NCBI GenBank assembly: GCA_027484825.1
Contig: JAIXSE010000028.1
Span: 68,925 to 132,924, forward strand
DNA: 64,000 bases
Direction: 5' to 3'
Source: Rubrivivax sp.
GTDB lineage: Bacteria > Pseudomonadota > Gammaproteobacteria > Burkholderiales > Burkholderiaceae_C
Part shown: positions 1-10,146 of the stretch, in pieces
How the letters are laid out: the number at the start of each line of letters is the position of its first letter
Position numbering within the stretch: the first letter of the stretch is position 1
Translations under genes and position numbers: made by a program
Notes under the pieces: generated by a model
Told to the model about the DNA's origin: nothing
The model's database searches: none
The model's input: only the letters and a program-made list of their open reading frames with translations

Positions 1-599
1 GCACGCAGATCGTGATGGCGGTGTCGCTGGTGGGCGTGTCGCTGCCCACCTTCCTGATCGGGGTGTTGCTCATCCTGGTGTTTGCTGTGCAGTTGCAATG
101 GCTGCCCAGCAACGGGCGCGGCGATGTGGTCACCCTGGGCGGATGGACCACCGGCCTGCTCACGGTGGACGGTCTGCGCCATGTGTTGCTGCCCGCCATC
201 ACCCTGGCCATCTATCAGCTCACGCTGATCATGCGTCTGGTGCGCTCGGAGATGCTGGAAGTGCTGCGCGCGGACTACATCAAGTTCGCCAGGGCGCGCG
301 GCTTGAGCAATCGCGTCATCTACTTTGGCCATGCCCTGAAGAACACGCTGGTGCCGGTCATCACCGTGACCGGTCTGCAGGTGGGATCGCTGATTGCCTT
401 TTCCATCATCACCGAAACCGTCTTCAACTGGCCGGGTATGGGGCTGCTCTTCATCCAGGCCGTCCAGTTTCCTGACATCCCGGTCATGGCCGCTTATCTG
501 TGCCTGATCTCCTTCATCTTTGTGGTGATCAACCTGGTGGTGGACCTGCTGTATTTTGTTGTCGACCCCCGCCTGCGGGTGGGCGGCGGCACCCACTGA
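1..599 (+). CDS. Dipeptide/oligopeptide ABC transporter permease (DppB/OppB-like), 5'-truncated by window edge
   Basis: Hydrophobic ORF 12..599 with EAA-like loop 'EVLRADYIKFARARGL' and typical C-terminus 'YFVVDPRLR'. Confidence 0.9.
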   Translation, partial: TQIVMAVSLVGVSLPTFLIGVLLILVFAVQLQWLPSNGRGDVVTLGGWTTGLLTVDGLRHVLLPAITLAIYQLTLIMRLVRSEMLEVLRADYIKFARARGLSNRVIYFGHALKNTLVPVITVTGLQVGSLIAFSIITETVFNWPGMGLLFIQAVQFPDIPVMAAYLCLISFIFVVINLVVDLLYFVVDPRLRVGGGTH

Positions 600-600
600 C

Positions 601-1848
601 ATGACCGCCGTCACCAGCGCCGCCTCCGGCACCTACCAGCGACTCCTGGAGGGACGCGGAGAACTCGTCGCCCTGCGGCGCGAACTGCATGCGATGCCGG
701 AACTCGGCTTCGAGGAGCGCCGCACCGGTGCCCGCCTGGTGCAGGCTCTGCGCGCCTGCGGTGTGGATGAGATCCATGAAGGCATTGGCCGCACCGGGCT
801 GGTCGCAGTCATCCATGGTCAGCCCGGGACCTCGCCTGGCAGCAGCGCCCGACTGCTCGGCCTGCGGGCCGACATGGACGCCCTGCCGCTGCGCGAGCAG
901 AACGATTTCGCCTGGAAATCCGCGACGCCCGGCCTGATGCATGCCTGCGGCCACGACGGGCACTGCGCCATGCTGGTGGGCGCCGCGCGTTACCTGGCGC
1001 AGACCCGCCGTTTCACCGGCAGTGCCGTGCTGGTGTTCCAGCCCGGCGAGGAGGGCTACGGCGGCGCCCGCGAGATGATCGCCGACGGACTGTTCGACCG
1101 CTTTCCGGTCGAAGCCATCTACGCCATGCACAACTGGCCGCATCTGCCGCCGGGCAAGATCGGCCTGAATCGCGGCGCCATGATGGCCGCTGCTGATCGC
1201 GTGCAGATCAACATCCAGGGGCGGGGCGGGCATGGCGCCCATCCGCATCTCAGCGTGGACCCGGTCCTGATTGCCGGCCACATCATCACGGCGGTGCAGA
1301 GCCTGGTCTCGCGCAACATCGCGCCGGTGGACCAGGCGGTCGTCAGCCTGTGTGCCATGCAGGCGGGGGATGCAGGCGCCTTCAGTGTCATTCCCGAACT
1401 GGCCCAGCTCACCGGCACGGTCCGCAGCTTCAAGCCCGAAGTTCAGCAATTGCTGGAAGAGCGCATGACGCGGATGGTGGAATCCGTGGCGCTGGGCTTT
1501 GGCGCCAGCGCCAAGGTCGACTATCAGCGCCTGTATCCGGCCACCATCAACAGCGCCCGCGAGGCCGACTTTGCCGTGCGTGTGGCCCGCTGGCTGGTGG
1601 GCCCGGAGCATGTGGACGACGAACTGCCGCCGAGCATGGGCTCCGAGGATTTCGCCTTCATGCTGCAGGCCCGTCCGGGCGCCTATCTGCGCCTGGGGCA
1701 GGGCGGCCCCTGCGGCTTGCACCAGCCGCGCTACGACTTCAATGACGAGATCCTGCCGCTGGGCGCTGCCTTGTTTGCCACGCTGGTGGAGCAGGGTCTG
1801 CCGCTGGAGCACCCGTCGTCACATTCCTGCGAAACACCCGCTCCATGA
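601..1848 (+). CDS. M20D family amidohydrolase (hippuricase/aminoacylase-like)
   Basis: Motifs HAMPELGFEE, RADMDALP, MHACGHDGH, FQPGEEG, AMHNWP, SEDF, LHQP. ATG 601 preferred, 1 nt after the permease stop (ORF track opens at 556). Confidence 0.9.
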   Translation: MTAVTSAASGTYQRLLEGRGELVALRRELHAMPELGFEERRTGARLVQALRACGVDEIHEGIGRTGLVAVIHGQPGTSPGSSARLLGLRADMDALPLREQNDFAWKSATPGLMHACGHDGHCAMLVGAARYLAQTRRFTGSAVLVFQPGEEGYGGAREMIADGLFDRFPVEAIYAMHNWPHLPPGKIGLNRGAMMAAADRVQINIQGRGGHGAHPHLSVDPVLIAGHIITAVQSLVSRNIAPVDQAVVSLCAMQAGDAGAFSVIPELAQLTGTVRSFKPEVQQLLEERMTRMVESVALGFGASAKVDYQRLYPATINSAREADFAVRVARWLVGPEHVDDELPPSMGSEDFAFMLQARPGAYLRLGQGGPCGLHQPRYDFNDEILPLGAALFATLVEQGLPLEHPSSHSCETPAP

Positions 1849-2858
1849 GCCTGTCCTCTCCGCCGCCGATGCCGCCTGTCTCACCGCCCCCTGGATCATC
1901 ACCCCAAGCATCATCGCCCCCTGTGCAGCCGGCACCGGTCGCCGCCACGCCCGGCGCGTTGCGCCGTTTCTTCGCCGGCGACGTCTGGCATTCCTTCACC
2001 CGTTCCCCGGTGGCCATGCTGGCCGCGCTGGTGGCGCTCATCTGCCTGGTCTGCGCGGTGTTTGCGCCCTGGGTGGCGCCGCATGATCCCTTCGACCTGA
2101 CGGCGGTGGACCTGATGGACGCCCGTCTACCGCCGGCCTGGGTGGAGGGCGGCAGCACCAAATACCTGCTGGGCACCGACGACCAGGGCCGCGACCTGCT
2201 CTCCGCCCTCATGTATGGGGCCCGCATTTCGCTGGTGGTGGGGGTGGCTTCGGTGCTGCTGTCGATGGTGATCGGTGTGGGTCTGGGGCTGCTGGCCGGT
2301 TTTGTCGGCGGCCGGGTGGACGGTCTCATCATGCGCATCTGCGATGTGATGCTGTCCTTCCCCGCCATCCTGGTGGCGCTGCTGGTGGACGGCATAGGCC
2401 GGGTGGTCTTGCCGGACACCCATGGCACGCTGGCCTTCCTGGTGCTGGTGCTGGCCATCTCGCTCACCGGCTGGGTGCAGTACGCCCGCACCGTGCGCGG
2501 CTCCACCCTGGTGGAACGCAACAAGGAATATGTGCAGGCGGCCCGTGTCATCGGCGTTAAACCGATGGCCATCATGTGGCGCCATGTGCTGCCCAATGTC
2601 ACCGGCCCGGTGCTGGTGCTGCTCACGCTGCAGGTGGCCTCGGCCATCCTGATCGAGGCGACCCTGTCCTTCCTGGGGGTCGGTGTGCCGCCGACCACGC
2701 CGTCGCTGGGCACGCTGATCCGCATCGGCAGCGACTTCCTGTATTCCGGCGAATGGTGGATCACCATCTGGCCCAGCGTCATGCTGGTGATGATCGCGCT
2801 GTCGATCAACCTGCTGGGGGATTGGCTGCGAGACGCCCTCAACCCCCGCCTGCGCTGA
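1845..2858 (+). CDS. ABC transporter permease (DppC/OppC-like)
   Basis: 'LLGTDDQGRD', 'EYVQAARVIG', 'DALNPRLR'; ATGA overlap with upstream stop. Confidence 0.92.
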   Translation: MSLSSPPPMPPVSPPPGSSPQASSPPVQPAPVAATPGALRRFFAGDVWHSFTRSPVAMLAALVALICLVCAVFAPWVAPHDPFDLTAVDLMDARLPPAWVEGGSTKYLLGTDDQGRDLLSALMYGARISLVVGVASVLLSMVIGVGLGLLAGFVGGRVDGLIMRICDVMLSFPAILVALLVDGIGRVVLPDTHGTLAFLVLVLAISLTGWVQYARTVRGSTLVERNKEYVQAARVIGVKPMAIMWRHVLPNVTGPVLVLLTLQVASAILIEATLSFLGVGVPPTTPSLGTLIRIGSDFLYSGEWWITIWPSVMLVMIALSINLLGDWLRDALNPRLR

Positions 2859-2872
2859 GGCCCGGAGCCCAC

Positions 2873-3874
2873 ATGACTGCCTTGCTTGAAGTCCGCCACC
2901 TGCGGGTGGAATTCCCCACCCGTCATGGAACGCTGGTGGCCCTGGATGATGTGTCCTTCGACATCGCGCCCGGCGAGGTGCTGGGCGTGGTGGGGGAATC
3001 CGGAGCCGGCAAATCGCTGACCGGCGCCGCCATCATCGGTCTGCTGGAGCCGCCCGGGCGCATTGCCGGCGGCGAGATCCTGCTGGAGGGACGCCGCATC
3101 GACCAGCTCAGCCAGGATCAGATGCGTCAGGTGCGGGGGCGCCAGATCGGCGCCATCTTCCAGGACCCGCTGACCTCGTTGAATCCGCTCTACACCGTGG
3201 GGCGACAGTTGGTGGAGACCATCACCACCCACCTCAAGCTGAGTCAGAAGCAGGCCCGCGCGCGAGCGGTGGAGTTGCTCGCGGCCACCGGCATTCCGGC
3301 CCCGGAGGCGCGGGTGGATCAGTATCCCCACCAGTTCTCCGGCGGCATGCGACAGCGGGTGGTGATTGCGCTCGCCCTGGCGGCGAATCCCAAGCTGATC
3401 GTGGCTGATGAACCGACCACCGCGCTCGATGTGTCCATCCAGGCGCAGATCATTGCCTTGCTCAAGCGGGTCTGCCGGGAGCAGGGCGCGGCGGTGATGC
3501 TGGTGACCCACGACATGGGCGTCATCGCCGAGACCTGCGACCGCGTGGCCGTGATGTATGCGGGCCGCATTGCCGAGATCGGGCCGGTGCAGGACGTGAT
3601 CCACCGTCCCGGCCATCCGTATACCGTCGGCCTGATGGGGTCGATTCCCGCAATGGACGAGGACCGGGAGCGCTTGCTGCAGATCGACGGCGCCATGCCC
3701 CGCCTGCATGCGATTCCGTCCGGCTGCGCCTTCCATCCGCGCTGCCCCAAGGCCTTCGACCGCTGCCTTCAGCAGCGACCTGAACTGATGCCGGCCGCAG
3801 CCACCTCGGCCGCCTGCTGGCTGCATGACCACAAGGCCGGGACGGCCCCCGCCGACGTGGGGCAGGCGGCGTGA
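2873..3874 (+). CDS. ABC transporter ATP-binding protein (DppD/OppD-like)
   Basis: Walker A GESGAGKS, signature FSGGMRQR, Walker B IVADEPT, C-terminal C-x-F-x-x-R-C; start MTALLEV after GGAG. Confidence 0.93.
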   Translation: MTALLEVRHLRVEFPTRHGTLVALDDVSFDIAPGEVLGVVGESGAGKSLTGAAIIGLLEPPGRIAGGEILLEGRRIDQLSQDQMRQVRGRQIGAIFQDPLTSLNPLYTVGRQLVETITTHLKLSQKQARARAVELLAATGIPAPEARVDQYPHQFSGGMRQRVVIALALAANPKLIVADEPTTALDVSIQAQIIALLKRVCREQGAAVMLVTHDMGVIAETCDRVAVMYAGRIAEIGPVQDVIHRPGHPYTVGLMGSIPAMDEDRERLLQIDGAMPRLHAIPSGCAFHPRCPKAFDRCLQQRPELMPAAATSAACWLHDHKAGTAPADVGQAA

Positions 3875-4947
3875 CCCCGGCACAAGGACATCCCGACATG
3901 AGTGTTGTGACCGACCCTCCCACCGACATTGCGAGCCCGAAGGCGCCCCGTGCGGACACGCCGCTGGTGGAAGTCCGGGACCTGGCCAAGACCTTTGATG
4001 TCTCGGCGCCCTGGCTCAATCGGATGATTGAACGCCGACCACGCCAGTTCGTGCATGCGGTGGATGGTGTGAGTTTCCAGATCCCTCGCGGCACCACGCT
4101 TGCGCTGGTCGGCGAATCCGGCTGTGGCAAGAGTACGGTAGCGCGCTTGCTGGTGGGGCTGTATACGCCAACCAGCGGCCAGGTGCAGTTCGACGGTGCC
4201 GACATCGCCACCACCCTGGCGGGCCCTCAGGCGCAAACCCTGCGCCGGCGCATGCAGATGATCTTTCAGGATCCCTATGCCAGCCTGAATCCTCGCTGGA
4301 AGGTGCAGGACATCGTCGCCGAGCCGCTGCGCGAGCATGGCCTGGTCACCGACGCGCAGGCCCTGCGCAGCCGGGTGGGGGAGCTGCTGCAGTCGGTCGG
4401 CTTGTCACCGTCCGATGCCGGCAAGTTCCCGCACCAATTCTCCGGGGGCCAGCGGCAGCGCATCTCGATTGCACGCGCATTGGCCACCCAGCCCGAATTC
4501 CTGGTGTGTGATGAACCGACGTCCGCACTGGACGTCTCGGTGCAGGCCCAGGTGCTCAACATCATGAAGGACCTGCAGCGCGAGCGTGGGCTCACCTATC
4601 TGTTCATCTCGCACAACCTGGCGGTGGTGCGTCATGTGGCGGATCAGGTCGGTGTGATGTATCTGGGCCGCCTGGTGGAGCAGGCGGACAAGCGCGCCTT
4701 GTTTGCCGCGCCGCGCCACCCCTACACACGCATGCTGCTGGATGCCATCCCCGACATCCACATGACGGGACGTGCCCGCACGCCGGTGCGCGGCGAAGTG
4801 CCCAACCCGCTGAACCCACCCAGCGGCTGCAGCTTCCATCCGCGCTGCCCACATGCCAATGAACGCTGCCAGCAGGAGCGTCCGGCACTGCTGAGCCTGC
4901 ATGGCGTGCGCGTGGCCTGCCATGCGGTGGAAGAAGGGCGGATCTGA
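3871..4947 (+). CDS. ABC transporter ATP-binding protein (DppF/OppF-like)
   Basis: [31 protein letters not shown]; GTGA overlap with the previous stop. Confidence 0.93.
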   Translation: MTPAQGHPDMSVVTDPPTDIASPKAPRADTPLVEVRDLAKTFDVSAPWLNRMIERRPRQFVHAVDGVSFQIPRGTTLALVGESGCGKSTVARLLVGLYTPTSGQVQFDGADIATTLAGPQAQTLRRRMQMIFQDPYASLNPRWKVQDIVAEPLREHGLVTDAQALRSRVGELLQSVGLSPSDAGKFPHQFSGGQRQRISIARALATQPEFLVCDEPTSALDVSVQAQVLNIMKDLQRERGLTYLFISHNLAVVRHVADQVGVMYLGRLVEQADKRALFAAPRHPYTRMLLDAIPDIHMTGRARTPVRGEVPNPLNPPSGCSFHPRCPHANERCQQERPALLSLHGVRVACHAVEEGRI

Positions 4948-4969
4948 CGGAGGGATTTGACGGACGGAT

Positions 4970-5236
4970 TCAGCGCTGCGGCATGATCGCGGCGCTGGCC
5001 GGGGCGGACGCCGGCTCGGCTTTGGTGGACGGGGCGGCGGACGGTGCCGCAGACGGTGCGGCCGCACCGGTGCCGGCGGTCTTGGCCGGTGACGGCAGTT
5101 GCAGCGGGCGCTTCTGTCCGCAGGCCGTCAAGCCCACCAGGGTCAAAGACAACATCAGGCCGATCAGGGCCTTGCCGCCCTTGGGCTGGGACCGGTGCGC
5201 ACGGGCGCCTACACTTCGGGTCTTCAACTGTTCCAT
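4970..5236 (-). CDS. lptM: Small lipoprotein, LptM/YifL-like (LPS translocon maturation)
   Basis: Lipobox LTAC followed by GQKRPLQLP (family pattern CGxKGPLYxP); divergent from cyaY as in many proteobacteria; start uncertain (5236 chosen). Confidence 0.7.
   Translation of the reverse strand: MEQLKTRSVGARAHRSQPKGGKALIGLMLSLTLVGLTACGQKRPLQLPSPAKTAGTGAAAPSAAPSAAPSTKAEPASAPASAAIMPQR
5027..5062. repeat. 3 x 12-bp imperfect tandem repeat encoding AAPS-AAPS-AAPS in the lipoprotein tail
   Basis: ggacggggcggc / ggacggtgccgc / agacggtgcggc. Confidence 0.8.
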
Positions 5237-5264
5237 GCACGCCAGTCTAGCGAGTTCGCGACCC

Positions 5265-5618
5265 ATGAGCCTCATTGCCACGCCCCTTTCCGATGTCGAC
5301 TACGACGCTCGCACCGCTGCCGTGCTGGCCAGCATCGAACGGCAGGCCGACGAGTGGTTGGAAGAGGACTGCATCGACATCGATCCGCAGCGCACCGGCG
5401 GTCTGTTGGAACTGCAGTTCCAGGACCGCAGCAAGATCGTGGTGAACACCCAGCCGCCGCTGCAGGAACTCTGGCTGGCCAGCCGCCGCGGTGGCTACCA
5501 CTTCAAGTTCGTGGACGGCCGCTGGCTGGACACCAAGGACGGGGTGGAATTCTTCGAGCGGCTGTCGCAGGAGATCAGCTTCCACGGCGGCAAGTCACTG
5601 CGGGTGACGGGAGACTGA
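5265..5618 (+). CDS. cyaY: Frataxin-like iron donor CyaY
   Basis: 'KIVVNTQPPLQELWLASRRGGYHF' frataxin signature. Confidence 0.95.
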   Translation: MSLIATPLSDVDYDARTAAVLASIERQADEWLEEDCIDIDPQRTGGLLELQFQDRSKIVVNTQPPLQELWLASRRGGYHFKFVDGRWLDTKDGVEFFERLSQEISFHGGKSLRVTGD

Positions 5619-5699
5619 CCGGCGACCGACGGGCGCCTGAACGGCGCCGCTGAGACCGTCGCGGCGCCGAGCCAGGGCGGTCAGCACCGCCCGACTGGA

Positions 5700-8123
5700 T
5701 CAGCGCTTGAACAGGTCGAGGATGCTCTTCTTCTCATCCTCGCTGCCGGACGCCGGCACATGTTCATCCCCGGTGAGTGCACGCACGCCCTGGTTTTCGG
5801 CGAACTCGTCGTAATACCACTCGCCATTCACATTGGTCACGCCCGTGGCCGGCGGCTGGATCTCGGCCACCGGCGTGTTGCGCAGTGCGTACTGCATGAA
5901 TTCAATCCAGACCGGCAGGGCCAGGCCGCCACCCGTTTCGCGGTCGCCCAGCTTGCGGGGCTGGTCATATCCGATCCACACCACCGACACCAGGTCAGGC
6001 TGGAAGCCGGCGAACCATGCATCCATCGAGTCGTTGGTCGTGCCGGTCTTGCCATACAGGTCCGGGCGCTTGAGCGTGGCCTGGGTGCGAGCCGCCGTGC
6101 CGCTGCGCGCCACCTCCTGCAGCAGGCTGTCCATCAGGAATGCATTGCGCGTGTCAATGGCCCGCTGGCTTTCGTCCAGGGTTTTGGGGACGGCCTGGTA
6201 CAGCTGCCGACCCTGATGGTCGGTGATGCGCTGCACCAGCGCCGGGCCGATCCGGTAGCCGCCGTTGGCAAAGACCGAATAGGCCTGGGCCATCTGCATA
6301 GGGGTGACCGAGCCGGCGCCCAGCGCCATGGTGAGGTAGGCGGGATGCTTCTCCGCGTCGAAGCCGAAGCGGGTTATCCAGTCCTGCGCATACTTCACGC
6401 CGATGGATTGCAGCACCCGGATGGACACCATGTTCTTGGACTTGGCCAGCGCACGCCGCAGCGGCATGGGCCCGTCGAAGGTGCCGTCGTAGTTCTTCGG
6501 CTCCCAGGGCTGGCTGCCGGTGGTGCTGGCGTCGAAGAACAGCGGCGCGTCGTTCACCACGGTGGCGCCGTTGAAGCCCTTTTCCAGCGCGGCTGAATAG
6601 ATGAAGGGCTTGAAGCTGGAGCCCGGCTGACGCCAGGCCTGGGTGACGTGGTTGAACTTGTTCTTGTTGTAGTCGAAGCCGCCCACCAGGGCACGCACGC
6701 TGCCATCCCGCGGATTCAAGGCCACCATCGCGCCTTCCACTTCCGGCAACTGGGTGATGGTCCAGTCGTCCTTGTTGTTGCGGGTGAGCTTGATCACCCG
6801 GATGACAGCGCCGCGCCGGATGCGGGTCTTGGGATTCCCCTTGTCCGACAGGCCGGAGGTGGCGGGCTTCAGGCCTTCCCCCGTGATGGTGATGCTCTCG
6901 CCGCTTTGCAGGGCTGCCACCACCTTCTTGGGATCGGCCTCCAGCACCACGGCCGCCAGCAGCTCGTCATTGGCGGGATGGTCGCTCAGGGCCTCGGCGA
7001 TCCGCGTGTCCAGCTCCTTCGGGTCGGCCGGCAGATCGACATAGGCCTCGGGGCCGCGATAGACCTGGCGACGTTCGAAATCCATGATGCCGCGGCGCAA
7101 GGCGCGGTAGGCCCGTTCCTGCTCGTCCGACTTCAGGGTCAGGTAGACATTCAGGCCCCGTGTGTAGGCTTCGTCGCCGTACTGGCTGAAGATCAGCTGC
7201 CGGGCGAGCTCGGCGACATATTCGGCGTGACTGACTGTGTCCTGGGGCGGGCGGATGCGCAGCTTCTCGGCCTTGGCCTGGGCATGCTGTTCAGGGCTGA
7301 TGAAGCCCATCTCCAGCATCCGGTCAATGATGTATTGCTGGCGCAACGTGGCGCGGCGGGGATTGTTGATCGGGTTGTAAGCAGATGGTGCTTTCGGCAA
7401 CCCGGCCAGCATGGCGGCCTCCGCGATCGACAGCTCCTTCATCGGCTTGCCGAAGTAGACCTCGCTGGCGGCGGCAAAGCCGTAGGCCCGATGACCCAGG
7501 AAGATCTGGTTCATGTAGATCTCGAGGATCTTCTCCTTGGGCAGGGCGCTTTCGATCTTCAGGGCCAGCAGGATCTCGTAGATCTTGCGGGTGAAGGTCT
7601 TTTCCGTGGAGAGATAGAAGTTGCGGGCCACCTGCATGGTGATGGTGGAGGCCCCCTGACTTTTGGACTCCCCCACATTGGCCAGACCCGCCCGGATCAC
7701 CCCGAGGTAGTCCACCCCGCCATGCTGATAAAAGCGCGCGTCCTCGATGGCCAGCACCGCGTCCTGCATCACTTTGGGGATGTCGCGGATGTTGGAGTAG
7801 GAGCGTCGTTCCTCGCCGTATTCCCCCAGCAATTGACCATCCGCCGACAGCACGCGCAGCGGCAGCTTGGGCTGGTAGTCGGTCAGGCCGCTGATGTCAG
7901 GCAGGCTTGGATAGGCCATGGCCAGGGCCATGCCTGCCAACAAAGCCACAGAAAGCACGCCTGCAAGTAACAGTCCGAAAAGCCATCCGATGGCGCGCAG
8001 CAGCCAATGACGCTGTGTTGTGCGTGGCTTCTTGCGCCCTTGTGATCCGCGATCCCGCGGGTCGGCGGAAAAGGAGGAGGAGGGGGAGTCGGGGGAGTCG
8101 TCGGAGGTTTTCTTCGCGGGCAT
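5700..8123 (-). CDS. mrcA: Penicillin-binding protein 1A (transglycosylase/transpeptidase)
   Basis: TG motifs EDARFYQH, GASTITMQ, RKIYE; TP motifs SSFK, SKN, KTGT; start 8123 or 8138. Confidence 0.95.
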   Translation of the reverse strand: MPAKKTSDDSPDSPSSSFSADPRDRGSQGRKKPRTTQRHWLLRAIGWLFGLLLAGVLSVALLAGMALAMAYPSLPDISGLTDYQPKLPLRVLSADGQLLGEYGEERRSYSNIRDIPKVMQDAVLAIEDARFYQHGGVDYLGVIRAGLANVGESKSQGASTITMQVARNFYLSTEKTFTRKIYEILLALKIESALPKEKILEIYMNQIFLGHRAYGFAAASEVYFGKPMKELSIAEAAMLAGLPKAPSAYNPINNPRRATLRQQYIIDRMLEMGFISPEQHAQAKAEKLRIRPPQDTVSHAEYVAELARQLIFSQYGDEAYTRGLNVYLTLKSDEQERAYRALRRGIMDFERRQVYRGPEAYVDLPADPKELDTRIAEALSDHPANDELLAAVVLEADPKKVVAALQSGESITITGEGLKPATSGLSDKGNPKTRIRRGAVIRVIKLTRNNKDDWTITQLPEVEGAMVALNPRDGSVRALVGGFDYNKNKFNHVTQAWRQPGSSFKPFIYSAALEKGFNGATVVNDAPLFFDASTTGSQPWEPKNYDGTFDGPMPLRRALAKSKNMVSIRVLQSIGVKYAQDWITRFGFDAEKHPAYLTMALGAGSVTPMQMAQAYSVFANGGYRIGPALVQRITDHQGRQLYQAVPKTLDESQRAIDTRNAFLMDSLLQEVARSGTAARTQATLKRPDLYGKTGTTNDSMDAWFAGFQPDLVSVVWIGYDQPRKLGDRETGGGLALPVWIEFMQYALRNTPVAEIQPPATGVTNVNGEWYYDEFAENQGVRALTGDEHVPASGSEDEKKSILDLFKR

Positions 8124-8201
8124 GACCAAAGTGTGCATTTTTGCGTGCCCACCCGCTCCCCATCAGGGGCTGTACGGGTGCGAATCCGGCCGCTTGCGGC
8201 G

Positions 8202-8207
8202 ATTATA
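8202..8207 (-). promoter_or_regulatory. Consensus sigma70 -10 box (TATAAT) upstream of mrcA
   Basis: attata on + strand, ~80 bp upstream of the mrcA start; no clear -35. Confidence 0.5.
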
Positions 8208-8442
8208 GGAAGCCGCGTCGGTCGCTGAATGGCTGACCGACGCGAACAGCGACCCTGCGCTCACGCGCACGCTTTCTGGGCGCATTTCCGGCTTTTGGCA
8301 CCCTTTCGTGGCGTGTAGGTTACGCAACGCGGTGTTACGTGCTGTGACTGCTTTGCCTTGGGGCATCAAAGGCTTTGCTGCTAGCATTCAAGTAACTTAT
8401 TAACAAACCGGCGCAGTGTGCGGCGCGTTGGGGGAACGCATC

Positions 8443-9522
8443 ATGGGGTTGTTGGACGTACTACTGGGACGCACCCATCCGCCCATGATTGGCCTGGACA
8501 TATCATCGTCCAGCGTCAAGCTTGTGGAGTTGAGTCAAAACGCGAATGGGGAATACGTTCTTGAACGTTTCGCCACGGAGCCTTTTGAAAAGGGATGGAT
8601 TACCGACGGCCAGATCGAGAAATTCGACGAGGTCGCCGAGGCTGTGCGCCGGGTGGTGACGCGCAGCGGCAGCAAGACGCGGCATGCCGCGCTGGCCATG
8701 CCGCAGTCCGCAGTCATCACCAAGAAGATCATGCTGCCTGCGGGTCTGCGTGACGAAGAGCTGGAGCTCCAGGTTGAAGCCGAGGCCAATCAATACATTC
8801 CGTTCTCGCTCGATGAGGTGAGTCTGGACTTCTGCGTGATCGGGCCCAGCCCGACGTCGGTGGGCGACGTGGAAGTGCTGATTGCCGCGTCGCGCAAGGA
8901 CCGTGTGCAGGACCGCCAGGCCCTGGCCGAAGCGGCCGGTCTGCGACCCATGGTGCTGGACATCGAGTCCCATGCCTCGCGCATGGCGATGGGGCGCCTG
9001 GTCGAGACCCTGCCCAATGAAGGCAAGGACGCCCTGGTGGCACTGTTCGAAATTGGCGCCGACACGACCAGCCTCAAGGTGCTGCGTGACGATGAAATGC
9101 TGTATGACCGGGATCAAGCCTTTGGCGGTTCCCAGCTCACCATGCTGATTTCTCGCCAATACGGTTTCTCATTCGAGGAAGCCGAGCAAAAGAAACTCAG
9201 CGGCGAATTGCCGGAGGACTATGAGACCCAAGTGCTCAATCCTTTTGTCGACAGTTTGTCGCAGGAAATCGGTCGCGCTTTGCAGTATTTCTTCACCAGC
9301 ACGCCTCACCACAAGGTGCACTACGTGATGCTGGCTGGCGGAACTGCCACGCTTCCGGGCCTGAAGGAACGCGTGACCGAATTGACCGGATTCGCCTGCA
9401 TGGTGGTGAATCCTTTTGAAAACATGGTGCTCGGCTCCGCAGTGCGTGAAAACAAGCTGCGCCGCGAAGCACCGGCCTACCTGACAGCCTGCGGGCTGGC
9501 GATGCGGAGGTTTTTTCAGTGA
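8443..9522 (+). CDS. pilM: Type IV pilus assembly ATPase-like PilM
   Basis: 'IGLDISSSSVKLVEL', actin-like fold motifs, 'CGLAMR' C-terminus; first gene of the operon. Confidence 0.95.
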   Translation: MGLLDVLLGRTHPPMIGLDISSSSVKLVELSQNANGEYVLERFATEPFEKGWITDGQIEKFDEVAEAVRRVVTRSGSKTRHAALAMPQSAVITKKIMLPAGLRDEELELQVEAEANQYIPFSLDEVSLDFCVIGPSPTSVGDVEVLIAASRKDRVQDRQALAEAAGLRPMVLDIESHASRMAMGRLVETLPNEGKDALVALFEIGADTTSLKVLRDDEMLYDRDQAFGGSQLTMLISRQYGFSFEEAEQKKLSGELPEDYETQVLNPFVDSLSQEIGRALQYFFTSTPHHKVHYVMLAGGTATLPGLKERVTELTGFACMVVNPFENMVLGSAVRENKLRREAPAYLTACGLAMRRFFQ

Positions 9523-10139
9523 TTCTGATCAACCTGCTCCCGCACCGCGAGGAGAAACGCAAGCGCCGCGAGACCGCGTTCTACGTGGGTCTTGGCATGT
9601 CGCTGGTCGCTGGCGCGCTGATCGCCGGGGTGATTTATCTGCTGCTTGAGCAGATGACGTCCGCCCAGATCGAGCGCAACAACTTCCTGAAGTCCGAGAT
9701 CACCAAGCTCGATGAGCAGATCAAGGACATCGCCACGCTGCGCGCCGAAATCGACGCCCTGCGGGCCCGCCAGCGTGCGGTGGAAGACCTGCAAAGTGAC
9801 CGCAACACGCCGGTGCATCTGCTCAACGATCTGGCCAAGCTCACGCCGGAAGGCATCTACCTGCAAGGCATCCGGCAGACCGGCAAGGCGGTGATCCTGA
9901 ACGGCCAGGCCGCGACCAACGAGCGCGTGTCCGAGATGCTGCGCAATCTGGGTCATGCTGAATGGCTGGAAAACCCGGACCTGGTGGAAATCAAGTTGGC
10001 GACCCCGAATCCTCGCGATCCGCGCCGCCTGTTCGATTTCTCGATGCGGGTGACCATCAAGAACACCGTGCCCGACGCCGCTGCAGGCGCCGCCAGCACC
10101 CCGGGCGGTGCCAACCCGCCCCGGGCCAACAACAGCTGA
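9519..10139 (+). CDS. pilN: Type IV pilus inner-membrane protein PilN
   Basis: N-terminal 'INLLPHRE' PilM-binding motif, one TM, coiled coil. Confidence 0.95.
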   Translation: MILINLLPHREEKRKRRETAFYVGLGMSLVAGALIAGVIYLLLEQMTSAQIERNNFLKSEITKLDEQIKDIATLRAEIDALRARQRAVEDLQSDRNTPVHLLNDLAKLTPEGIYLQGIRQTGKAVILNGQAATNERVSEMLRNLGHAEWLENPDLVEIKLATPNPRDPRRLFDFSMRVTIKNTVPDAAAGAASTPGGANPPRANNS

Positions 10140-10146
10140 GGACTGC

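Noticed and set aside
8295-8312. TGGCAC as a sigma54 -24 box upstream of pilM
   Set aside because: No GC at the correct -12 spacing; none found upstream of pilE or pilB either.
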